A stretch of DNA of 64,000 nucleotides from an uncultured Acidimicrobiaceae bacterium (GTDB lineage Bacteria; Actinomycetota; Acidimicrobiia; Acidimicrobiales; Bog-793): the NCBI GenBank assembly GCA_963807575.1, contig CAWECD010000020.1:135037-199036 (forward strand), read 5' to 3'. A program made the position numbers and the translations under genes. Each line of letters starts with the position of its first letter. Position 1 is the stretch's first letter. Positions 18,459 through 27,321 of the stretch are shown piece by piece. Under the pieces are notes generated by a model. It was not told the DNA's origin, did not search any database, and was given only the letters and a program-made list of their open reading frames with translations.

Positions 18459-19115
18459 ATGGCACTTCAGCTGGGTAGTGTCGCGCCCGATTTCGTGGCG
18501 CAGACAACCGAGGGCCCGATTCGCTTTCATCAGTGGATCGGCGACTCATGGGCGGTGCTCTTTTCGCACCCGAAGAACTTCACGCCGGTCTGTACGACCG
18601 AGCTGGGCTACATGGCCAAGATCAAACCCGAGTTCGACCGCCGAGGCGTGAAGGTGATCGGGCTCTCCGTCGACTCCGTCGACAGGCACGCCTGGTGGGC
18701 GAAAGACATCGAAGAGACACAAGGGATGGCGCCCAACTTCCCGATCATCGGCGACGACGAGTTCAAGATCTCCAAGGCCTACGGGATGCTCGGAGCCGAC
18801 GTCAGCGGAGACCCGGCCGATCAGACCGCGGCCGCCTACCTGACCGTGCGCAACGTGTTCGTGATCGGGCCGGACAAGAAGATCAAGTTGATCCTCGCCT
18901 ACCCGATGACGACCGGCCGCAACTTCGACGAAGTGTTGCGGGTGATCGACGCGCTGCAACTGACCGCGAAGCACCAGGTCGCCACCCCGGTGAACTGGAA
19001 GCACGGCGAGGACGTCATTATCTCCACCTCGGTCACCAGCGAGCGGGCGAGGGAGATCTTCGGGACCTGGAACGAACAGAACCCCTACATCCGGATGATC
19101 CCCCAACCGAACTGA
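18459..19115 (+). CDS. 1-Cys peroxiredoxin (Prx6-type)
   Basis: ATG 18459 is preceded by AAGGACAAGGGAAG. Motif WAVLFSHPKNFTPVCTTEL contains the peroxidatic Cys. The track ORF start at 18276 is over-extended. Confidence 0.9.
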   Translation: MALQLGSVAPDFVAQTTEGPIRFHQWIGDSWAVLFSHPKNFTPVCTTELGYMAKIKPEFDRRGVKVIGLSVDSVDRHAWWAKDIEETQGMAPNFPIIGDDEFKISKAYGMLGADVSGDPADQTAAAYLTVRNVFVIGPDKKIKLILAYPMTTGRNFDEVLRVIDALQLTAKHQVATPVNWKHGEDVIISTSVTSERAREIFGTWNEQNPYIRMIPQPN

Positions 19116-19341
19116 CCGGTCCAGGGGGACCTCCCGGGGCCGTCCGGGACGGCGTGCAACTGCGTGCGACGCTTCGGGACGGGTTCGTTCTCGCCATTGA
19201 GCATGCGGGTAGACGCAGCCTTGCCGGCTCGTGGTTCGCTGAGCACCGCGCTCAGGTTGTGGTTGTGTGCCGCCCGGCCAGTCTTAACCGCGCTTGCGGG
19301 ATAGGTCCTATAGTATAAGAACTCGATATAGTTATCCAAGT

Positions 19342-20514
19342 ATGAATACGCGAGCCGCAATCCAGCCGAACCCGTACACGCCCGGAGCCGGCGACCGGCC
19401 GCGCGCCCTCGTCGGGCGATCCGACCAACTCGCTCTCGCCGAGAGCGTGCGCAGCCAGCTCGAATCGGGGTACGCGGCAAACAGTCTCATCTACGTGGGC
19501 CTGCGTGGCGTCGGCAAGACCGTCCTGCTGAAAGAGATCGCCGACCGCCTGGCCGGCGCCGGCTGGTACGCGCCGTACCTCGAGTTGCGTCGCGGCCTGG
19601 CCGTCGACACGGCGCTCGGCGTCGTCGCCGACCGCTTCGCCGCCCACCTCCGCCCTGGCGCAAAGTTGACGCGCCGCGTCGGCCAGCTGCTAGGCCGCGG
19701 CGGCGGTTTGCAGGTGCTTGGAAGCGGCGCCAATATTGCCAGCAATCGGCCCGTACCGACCTACAACGACCTGGCCAGGGTGCTTGGAACCCTGGCGGAC
19801 GCCGCCCACGAAGACGGCCTAGGCGTCGCGCTAATCGTCGATGAGTTGCAGGCCATCTCGCTCGCCAGTCTCGGCGCACTCGTGCACGTCGCCCAGGATC
19901 TGCGTGACCGACTGCCCTTCGCCTTCATCGGAGCAGGGCTGCCACACCTACGCTCTTACATAGCCAAGGCCGCGACCTACACCGAGCGGTTTCGCTACGA
20001 ACCCACGGACAACCTGCACGACCAAGAGGCACGCGCCGCCGTCCTGGAGCCGGCAGCGGCCGAGGCTGTGGGCTGGGACGACGACGCGCTCGCTAAGGTC
20101 TCCGCTGTTGCTGGTGGGTATCCGTACTTCCTCCAGCTCTACGCGTTCGAGGCCTGGGAAGCGGCGGCACACGCCGGCGCCATCCAGAGGATCACTCTCG
20201 CGGACGTGGTGGCAGGCGAGCCCGTCGCGCAACGCCAGATCGAAGCTGGGATCTACGGCGCGCGTTTCGAAGGCGCGACGGAATCCGAGCGCACGTACCT
20301 GTTCGCCATGTCGGATCTCATGGACGCAGAAGGCGACCGGGTACGATCCGGCGACGTCGCTCGGGTACTCAATCGCGAACTCTCTGCGGTCTCGCCCACG
20401 CGCGACGCTCTTATCCGCAAAGGTATCGTCCATGCGCCCGAGCACGGGCTACTCGCCTTTTCGATCCCGGGTTTCCAGCAATACATAGGCAAGCGCCGCT
20501 CCGACGAGGTTTGA
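19342..20514 (+). CDS. Orphan AAA+/STAND-like ATP-binding protein with a C-terminal winged-helix-like region
   Basis: Walker A GLRGVGKT, Walker B LIVDELQ. ATG 19342 sits right after a markedly A/T-rich stretch containing an imperfect inverted repeat (19299-19337). Confidence 0.72.
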   Translation: MNTRAAIQPNPYTPGAGDRPRALVGRSDQLALAESVRSQLESGYAANSLIYVGLRGVGKTVLLKEIADRLAGAGWYAPYLELRRGLAVDTALGVVADRFAAHLRPGAKLTRRVGQLLGRGGGLQVLGSGANIASNRPVPTYNDLARVLGTLADAAHEDGLGVALIVDELQAISLASLGALVHVAQDLRDRLPFAFIGAGLPHLRSYIAKAATYTERFRYEPTDNLHDQEARAAVLEPAAAEAVGWDDDALAKVSAVAGGYPYFLQLYAFEAWEAAAHAGAIQRITLADVVAGEPVAQRQIEAGIYGARFEGATESERTYLFAMSDLMDAEGDRVRSGDVARVLNRELSAVSPTRDALIRKGIVHAPEHGLLAFSIPGFQQYIGKRRSDEV

Positions 20515-20706
20515 GACGCGACCCGAATCGATGCAGGCAAGGCAGTTTACCTGGACCTATTCAGCGCGCTCGGAGGAACTCAACTCGAATCCCCGACCTT
20601 TTGATCCGTAGTCATATCGCCGTGAACGGTGTGCTCACATGCGGCTTTGCACGTCAGAGGGGTGCGAAACGGAGGGGGGAATTAGATGCTATTGCCTCAT
20701 CCCATG

Positions 20707-21141
20707 TCAACCCGTTGCAGCCTTTGGGAGACTGTCGCTGTCCCTGAAGCCCGTCTCAGGAGCACGCGAAGGACTACGGCGCGACCCGGCCTTCGCGGTT
20801 GGCCTGGAGCTGAGTGTCGGTTCCTGCCGTTGCGGGATCTTCAGGTCGAACTCAACGTCGAGAACGCTGGCGACGCGCCGTAGCGTCTCGATTTCGGGAT
20901 TGTGGATCGCCGCTCCGAGCCGGGCCACCTGGGGCTGCGACATGTGAAGCTCGTCTGCCAGCGCTCGCTGTGACAGACCGTGCTTGACTCGATACGCGAC
21001 CACCTGCGAAGCAAGGGCGCGCGCGACGGCAGTCCGCTCCCACTCTGCCCGGAACGCGGGATCTCGCAAAGAGCCCGCGAGAACCGCTTCGCTAGTTCTG
21101 AGATCGCCGAGCTTCGTCATTCCGTCCTTGCACGTGGCCAC
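20707..21141 (-). CDS. XRE-family helix-turn-helix transcriptional regulator (antitoxin-like)
   Basis: HTH core GLSQRALADELHMSQPQVARL preceded by RDPAFRAEWERTA, a layout common in HigA-like antitoxins. The C-terminal tail is low-complexity. Confidence 0.72.
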   Translation of the reverse strand: MATCKDGMTKLGDLRTSEAVLAGSLRDPAFRAEWERTAVARALASQVVAYRVKHGLSQRALADELHMSQPQVARLGAAIHNPEIETLRRVASVLDVEFDLKIPQRQEPTLSSRPTAKAGSRRSPSRAPETGFRDSDSLPKAATG

Positions 21142-21717
21142 GATACCACGCTTGATATCGCGGGAGAACGTTCACGCGCACAATTGTGTCGAAACTAGGC
21201 GGCTGCCGCCGCCCTGCCCAAAATCAAACCACCCTCGGCTGTATCGGGGTTCCCGCTCAACCAAGATTTCGGCATTCTGGTGCCATTGTGGCTGCAACGT
21301 CTTCGCCTCCACACGCACCTCGAGCGTGCGACCTCGGAGTTCGATATCAACTCCTTGCCGATCTGCCTGAGCATCGCCGACAACGTCCGCCGCTTCGCTG
21401 ACGTGCACGCTTATTGCAGAGGCCGCGGGAACTTATAGCGGTCGCAAGCCTGGCTACAAGACCAACCGTGCTAATGAACGCGCAGAGCCTAGGTCGCGAC
21501 GGTACGCGCCCATGTCGCCGCAAGGCTGCAGGGCAAGCTGGCGACAGGGCCGCGACGTTTCACATCCTCCCTCATAGGTTACGGGCAGTGCTTCGTGTCC
21601 ACCGAGCAGTGCCGGATCCCATGAGGAGTCGGTTGCCGGCTTCGACGAGGAGAGGGCCCAACTGGGCTTGACCCGTTCTGACGGACATCCACGATCGGCC
21701 GGACAGGCCGGGAAAGG

Positions 21718-22032
21718 ATGTCCATCATGGAGAACATGGGAGACGGGAGACGACCACGACGGTCGTTCACCGACGAGTACAAAGCCGAGGTGGTCCAGCT
21801 GTGCTGCACCAGCGGCAAGTCGATCGCCGAAGTTGCCCGTGATCTCGGTCTGGGAGAGACGGCGGTGCGCCGCTGGGTCGCCCAGGCTGAGATCGACGCC
21901 GGCCGGCGTCCTGGGCTCACGACAGAAGAGCACGCTGAGCTGGTGGCGCTGCGCAAGGAGAACAGGGTGCTGCGCGAAGAGCGCGACATCTTGAGGCGCG
22001 CGACAGTTTTCTTCGCCAAGGAGACCCGGTGA
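21718..22032 (+). CDS. IS3-family transposase OrfA (HTH)
   Basis: 104 aa: RRSFTDEYKAEVVQL...SIAEVARDLGL, followed by a leucine-zipper-like tail (LVALRKENRVLREERDILRRA). Confidence 0.9.
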   Translation: MSIMENMGDGRRPRRSFTDEYKAEVVQLCCTSGKSIAEVARDLGLGETAVRRWVAQAEIDAGRRPGLTTEEHAELVALRKENRVLREERDILRRATVFFAKETR

Positions 22033-22934
22033 ACGTCTACCCGTTCGTCGGGGCGGAGAGGGCTGAGCAGGACGGCAACGTCGCCATGACGTGCCGGGTG
22101 CTCGAGGTCTCCAGAGCCGCCTACTACGAGTGGTCCAAGCAGGGACCCTCTCCCCGCCAGCTGTCAGATGCCGAGCTCGCCGAGCAGATAAGACACATCC
22201 ACAAGGCCTCCCGGGGCACCTACGGGGCTCCGAGGATCACAACCGAGCTGCGTGAGCAGAACATCTGCGTGGGCAAGAAACGAGTTGCCCGTCTCATGGT
22301 CCTAAACGGCCTCGTCGGCAGGTGCAAGCGTCGGTTCAAGAAGACGACGATCGCAGATCCGGATGCCGAAACAAAAGCCATCGACCTCATCAAGCGCAGC
22401 TTTGGCATCGGGGTTCGCGAGATCGACACCGCCTGGTGCGGCGGCATCACCTATGTGCGCACTTGGGAAGGCTGGCTGTACTTGGCAACGGTGATCGACC
22501 TCGCTTCCAGACGAGTCGTCGGCTTCGCCATGGCCGACCACATGCGCGCCGAGCTCGTCAAAGACGCGCTGCAGATGGCGATCGACCGGCGCAAGCCGGC
22601 ACCTGGACTCATCTTCCATTCCGACCGCGGTTCGCAATACACTTCGGCCGCGTTCCGCCAGCTTCTCGACGAAAACGACATCGTCCAGTCCCTCTCTCGT
22701 GTCGGCCAGTGCTGGGACAACGCCGTTTCGGAAAGCTGGTTCTCGACCCTCAAAGAGGAGCTCATCTACCGCGTCGTACTCCCGACGCGTGCCGTCGCCC
22801 GACGAGCCATCTTCGAATACATCGAGGTTTTCTACAACCGGACGCGCCGGCACAGTTCGCTGGGCAACATCTCGCCGGCTGAGTACGAGAGGCGCGGAGC
22901 CGACCTCGCCCTCAGTCAAGCCCAAGCGGCATAA
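22029..22934 (+). CDS. IS3-family transposase OrfB (DDE/rve integrase core)
   Basis: 301 aa with WCGGITYV, HSDRGSQYTS and a downstream E (rve-type DDE). It is in the -1 frame relative to orfA. That frame is open from 21939, so an OrfAB fusion by frameshifting is possible. Confidence 0.9.
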   Translation: MNVYPFVGAERAEQDGNVAMTCRVLEVSRAAYYEWSKQGPSPRQLSDAELAEQIRHIHKASRGTYGAPRITTELREQNICVGKKRVARLMVLNGLVGRCKRRFKKTTIADPDAETKAIDLIKRSFGIGVREIDTAWCGGITYVRTWEGWLYLATVIDLASRRVVGFAMADHMRAELVKDALQMAIDRRKPAPGLIFHSDRGSQYTSAAFRQLLDENDIVQSLSRVGQCWDNAVSESWFSTLKEELIYRVVLPTRAVARRAIFEYIEVFYNRTRRHSSLGNISPAEYERRGADLALSQAQAA

Positions 22935-23400
22935 TCAACCTGTCCGTCGAAACGGGGCAATCCCAAACCTTGCGCGTACGCGACTTGGTCGCATGGCGCC
23001 TTTCGTAGCCCTCTCCTGTGGACTGTGTCGTTGTCGGAACTCAACCTTGCGACTGAGCGCTTCTCGGCGTTGACGCTTCAGCGCTTGGAGCAAACCAGGA
23101 TTCACGATGGGTTCCTTTCGGGGAAGCGGAATGCGAGTGACACAACGTTCATGTCGAGGCAAGGCGCCGCGACGGCACCAGAAGGGGGGCGCGTTCGCAC
23201 GCGTGGAGTGGCGAAACGGCTAGATCAAGAGGCGCTGCTGAGAGTGTTCAGCAGGCAACGAGTTTGAGGGCGCCCGCCTTTATAAACATGAGGAATTCGT
23301 TCATCAGGGCACCTCCTTCAGGCTCGTGAGAAAGTGATGATAACGGATCTTGGAGGAGTTGACTAGTGCCAATTACTGCCTAACGAATACGAGAGGGCCT

Positions 23401-23600
23401 ACGCTGCTGCGTTGGCATCGCGAGCTCGTGGCTCGGCACTGGACGTTCCCTCGCGTCGGCGGCGGTGCCCAACAACGCACTTGATGACGAGGTCGTTGAG
23501 CTCATCGTCCGTCTCGCCCGCGAGAACCCGCACCGCACCGTTAGGCACGCTCTGGGGCGTTTCGCGGAGCTGGAAACTTAGCCTAGGAGGCACTTTCAAG
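23401..23600 (+). pseudogene. Frameshifted transposase/integrase N-terminal remnant
   Basis: TLLRWHRELVARHWTFP runs into a stop. In the next frame LDDEVVELIVRLARENP continues into another stop. Together they match the LLRWHRELV..W.YP...GRPP.D.E...LI.RLA.ENPRWG pattern of actinobacterial transposases, but are broken by at least one frameshift and truncated. Confidence 0.65.
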
Positions 23601-24184
23601 CTCGCGTCTGAGCGCGATCACTCGATCGATTGGGAGACGGCCCTCGAGGTTTCCCTTGGTGACTTCAGAGCAAACTAGCGCGTTGACTTCGTCACCCATG
23701 TGAACAGGGCTTTTCTCGTTGCACGTTTGATGAAGGTGCGGCCGGGCGAACGGTGGAGGACCACTAGTGCAAGAAGGCCGCTACGTCTAGGGCGATGACG
23801 ATGGTCCCGTACACCTTGGCTCAGCCCCCCGGACTCGGGCATCGCCCAGACGAACTGCCACTCCACGAACAGGGAGCGCCGAACGATTATCTGTCGATAC
23901 GGTCCCGCCAGCCAACAGACTGTGCTTCGCGCCAGAGCGAGACGGTGCTGGCCGCATCCGGTTCTTCGGCTTTGTCGCCATCTGTCCTGGGGAAGATCCT
24001 CGATAGTCCTCAGCTTCTAAGGTCCTAGCGCCGCGACCGGCAACGTTCGCCTGGGCCTGACGGAGTCGGAACCGGTTACCGAGCCACCGATCGGTCACGA
24101 GCGCCGAGCTGCCTAGGGTCGTCGTTCGGTGTGCCGACCTGAACGCGGGTGACCTCTACCGGCACATGGGCTAGGTGGTCACCC

Positions 24185-24811
24185 TCACTTCGACGCCTCG
24201 ACCGTGCCGATGATCAGGCTATAGAGGCGGTGCCATTCCATGGTACGGAAACCGGCGGCCTTTAAGAGAGTCTCGGCTCGACGTCTTGTCCGTGCGCGGT
24301 CCCGGTGACCGGCAACCATCGTGGGAACCAGCAACATGGAGAACAGGTCCGTCAGAACGAAGTGACCGCTCGGAGCAAGGACCCGGGCGCACTCGGCGAG
24401 CCCCGTACCCTGGTCCTCCCAGTGGTCGAAGGACGTGGTGCTGACCACTAAGTCGAACGACTCGTCGGGATATGGCAGGTTCTCCGCAACTCCGTTGGAA
24501 AAACTCAGGCGGGGGTCGTTTGCAGTCGATTTCGCGGCGGCAATCATCCCCACTGCGGCGTCGATTCCGACCAGCTCCTTCGCTTCGGGCAAGCGGTCGG
24601 CGAGGAGCCGCAAGAGGAAGCCGCTTCCGCAGCCGACATCAAGCACGCGCCATGGTGCGTCGCCGGAGGTGAGCGCTAGATCGGCCGTGCGGGCCGCAAT
24701 GTCGTGATGCATCCGACCGCGCCACCCGCCTTCATAGGTGGCGGCCCGATCATGAAACGCCTGGACATCGCGATCGTGAGGCACCTTCTGAGTATGCCAG
24801 CCGTCTGACAA
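24185..24811 (-). CDS. Class I SAM-dependent methyltransferase
   Basis: SAM-binding motif VLDVGCGSGFL and ...PYPDESFDLVVS. The track ORF (to 25102) is over-extended. I prefer TTG 24811 (MSDGWHTQKVPHDRD...); GTG 24784 is an alternative. Confidence 0.75.
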   Translation of the reverse strand: MSDGWHTQKVPHDRDVQAFHDRAATYEGGWRGRMHHDIAARTADLALTSGDAPWRVLDVGCGSGFLLRLLADRLPEAKELVGIDAAVGMIAAAKSTANDPRLSFSNGVAENLPYPDESFDLVVSTTSFDHWEDQGTGLAECARVLAPSGHFVLTDLFSMLLVPTMVAGHRDRARTRRRAETLLKAAGFRTMEWHRLYSLIIGTVEASK

Positions 24812-25002
24812 TCCCAGTAGTGGTTCACCCGTCCCAGTACGTCGGGTTGGCGGCGCCAGAACGTTCACCCAGTGGAATGTTCGGCGACGCGGTACGGTTC
24901 TTTGCCTTTGTCGCCATGTGTCGCGATCGGAACGTTTCTGGCAGTCCCCAGTTTCTGACGTCCTAGCGTGAGCACGAGTAGCGAGACGTTGAAGGAGGTT
25001 GC

Positions 25003-25938
25003 GTGCCGGTTGTCTCCGTCGAGCAACTCGGAAAGTCCTACCAAATGACCGAAGCAGTGAGGGACGTTGCCTTTGAGGTGAACGAGGGCGAGGTCTTCGC
25101 ACTGCTCGGGCCGAACGGGGCAGGCAAGACCACGATCATCGAGATCCTCGAGGGCTTTCGCAAGCGAGACCATGGTCGCGTTGCCGTGCTCGGTTTTGAC
25201 CCGGCGAATCCGGCGACCAGCCGCGAACTGCGAGAACGCATGGGGGTCGTGCTCCAGGAGCTTGCCGTAGAGCCGTTCCTGTCGGTCCGCCAAGCGCTGA
25301 CGCGCAATGCCGGCTACTACCCGAATCCGCGATCAGTTGACGAGGTGCTCGGGCTTGTTGGGCTCGCAGAGAAGGCGGACGACAGGGTGAAGTCGCTGTC
25401 CGGTGGTCAACAGCGCCGCCTGGACCTCGGGCTTGGCATCGTCGGGAGCCCGAGCCTGCTCTTCCTCGACGAGCCCACCACGGGCTTCGATCCCTCGGCG
25501 CGACGCGGAGCTTGGGAGGTGGTCCGCGCACTGACGGGCGGGGGCACGACGGTGGTGCTCACGACCCACTACATGGACGAGGCGGAAGCACTCGCGGATC
25601 GTGTCGCGGTGATCAACGCCGGTCGGATCGTTGCCGAGGGCGCTCCAGAATCACTGGGGGGCCGCGACGTGGGCGAGTCGACCATCCGGTTCCGGCTGCC
25701 GGCAGCCGCCGCGTCGACGCTTCCCATCCCGGCGAAGGTCTCGAGCAACGGTGTCTACGAGATGAGGACGGACAAAGAAATCGAGGTGCTGGCCGCCCTC
25801 ACGAACTGGGCCCTCCGGGAGGACGTGGAGGTGGTGGGCTTGACCGTGGAGCGACTCACCCTGGAGGACGTCTATCTGCGATTGACTGGCTTCGAGTCCG
25901 ATGATGAGGCCGCCTCGCTCACGATCGGGAACACGTGA
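25003..25938 (+). CDS. ABC transporter ATP-binding protein (DrrA-like)
   Basis: GTG 25003 lies 4 nt after GAAGGAGG. Walker A GPNGAGKTT, signature LSGGQQRRL, Walker B LLFLDEPT. Confidence 0.9.
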   Translation: MPVVSVEQLGKSYQMTEAVRDVAFEVNEGEVFALLGPNGAGKTTIIEILEGFRKRDHGRVAVLGFDPANPATSRELRERMGVVLQELAVEPFLSVRQALTRNAGYYPNPRSVDEVLGLVGLAEKADDRVKSLSGGQQRRLDLGLGIVGSPSLLFLDEPTTGFDPSARRGAWEVVRALTGGGTTVVLTTHYMDEAEALADRVAVINAGRIVAEGAPESLGGRDVGESTIRFRLPAAAASTLPIPAKVSSNGVYEMRTDKEIEVLAALTNWALREDVEVVGLTVERLTLEDVYLRLTGFESDDEAASLTIGNT

Positions 25939-26801
25939 TGGGGGGTCAGACTCCTTCGCGCCGCTTTCGCGGAGTCAGTGACTTGAGGCTCGCAGGCCGG
26001 CAGGTGTACTACGAGCAGCTCAACTTCTGGCTGAACCCGATCGGCGCCGTCTTCACGGTCGGGTTCTCCGTCGTCTTCCTCGTCCTTGTCGGCTCGACCG
26101 CAGGGCACCAGCGCAGCAGCGCCATTGGTGGCGGCCTGCTCATCGGGTACTACGTTCCGGGGTTCATCGCTTACGGAGTGATGGCCGCTTGTTTCAACAT
26201 GTTGACCATCAACCTCGTCGTGAGGCGTGAGATGGGCCTCTTGAAACGCGTGCGCCTTTCACCGCTTCCCACCTGGGCCATGATGGCGGCGGTTTCGGTC
26301 AATGCGCTCATGATCTCTGCGGTTCAAGTGGTTCTCGTGTTGTTGATCGGGCGGTTCGGATACAATGTCCCCTTCCCGCAAGACCTCCCAGCTCTCGTCG
26401 TCGTCCTCGTCGTCGGCGCGGCTTCGTTCACCGCTCTCGGTCTGGGCGTGAGTACCTTGATCCCGAACCAGGAAGCAGGGGCGCCTGTCACGAGCATCGT
26501 CTTTTTCGTCCTGCTCTTCTTGTCTGGACTGTGGTTCCCCCTGGCCGCGAACTCGGGGCTGGCGAAGTTCTCGTCGTACCTGCCCGTCCGGCACATGATC
26601 GTCGCTGTCTACGACGCCTCGATCGCTCAAAAGGGGGTGTCGAGCTGGCCGTGGCACGACCTTCTCGTCATGGCGATCTGGGGCGTTGGAGCGGTTCTCG
26701 TGGCTGCGCGGCGCTGGAGCTGGGCTCCCCGCCAGGCTAGGCGTGGCCGCGCGCGGGGCTTTTCAAGTTTCGCCATGATGAGCCGGCGCCAATCCGGGTG
26801 A
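25935..26801 (+). CDS. ABC-2 type transporter permease
   Basis: GTGA overlap with the ATPase stop. 288-aa multi-TM ORF. Confidence 0.85.
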   Translation: MMGGQTPSRRFRGVSDLRLAGRQVYYEQLNFWLNPIGAVFTVGFSVVFLVLVGSTAGHQRSSAIGGGLLIGYYVPGFIAYGVMAACFNMLTINLVVRREMGLLKRVRLSPLPTWAMMAAVSVNALMISAVQVVLVLLIGRFGYNVPFPQDLPALVVVLVVGAASFTALGLGVSTLIPNQEAGAPVTSIVFFVLLFLSGLWFPLAANSGLAKFSSYLPVRHMIVAVYDASIAQKGVSSWPWHDLLVMAIWGVGAVLVAARRWSWAPRQARRGRARGFSSFAMMSRRQSG

Positions 26802-26961
26802 GACGGAGTGCTTTGTTACAAAACGGATCGATCCACCTTCATGACCCCTTTGCTCATGCGACATAAGCAAAGGGGCGTGTTGCCATCACGGTATACCGCA
26901 TGATCAACCGTTGGACAGTAGGTCGTCCCACCTGCCACGAAACCTGAGCGAGGGCAGAAAG

Positions 26962-26998
26962 AACGGCCCCGGCGCTCCCCCCTCGCACCGGGGCCGTT
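26962..26998. terminator. Strong hairpin between convergent genes (possible bidirectional terminator)
   Basis: Perfect 11-bp stem AACGGCCCCGG / CCGGGGCCGTT around a 15-nt loop. On the minus strand it is followed by CTTTCT. Confidence 0.45.
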
Positions 26999-27321
26999 TA
27001 CCGTATGGCGCATAGAGTACTGGCTGTCTGCTGCCACTTCAACAACCTCAGAGGTTCCAGTCCAGACGACCTGACCGAGGATCGTGAGTGCCCGCTCACG
27101 TACGGGGGTCGGGCCCCACAGATCGGCCGATTATTCGTTCGGCACTACGCGACCGCGATCTCCACTATGCGCGCACCGAACAACCACTTCGGCGCTCAAC
27201 GGCACAGGTTGTGAGCTTGGCGATGCGCTTCAATCAGACTGGATCGCGCACACCGAGCCGGTGCTTCTTGTATGCACCTGCAAGTTCCCGCTTGCCGGTA
27301 TTGGCCAGGGCCGGGGCATCG

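Larger units (their letters stand above)
21669..22959 (+). mobile_element. IS3-family insertion sequence (1291 bp), apparently intact
   Basis: Imperfect terminal inverted repeats: TGACCCGTTCTGACGGACAT (21669-) versus the complement of the right end, TGCCCCGTTTCGACGGACAG (-22959), about 16/20 matched, with TG...CA ends. It carries orfA and orfB in the -1 frame relationship typical of IS3. The flanking triplets differ (GCT / ATC). Confidence 0.85.

Noticed and set aside
20686-20883. A 65-aa plus-strand ORF preceded by a strong GGAGGGGGG Shine-Dalgarno-like string.
   Set aside because: It lies almost entirely antisense to the 3' part of the XRE gene, and its translation is Arg/Pro-rich with no recognisable fold.
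21172-21408. A 78-aa ORF in the position where a RelE/HigB-type toxin would be expected, upstream of the XRE gene.
   Set aside because: I translated all three minus-strand frames by hand. None shows the hydrophobic core or conserved Arg/Tyr pattern of RelE/ParE/Gp49 toxins. At best it is a decayed remnant, and a profile search is needed.
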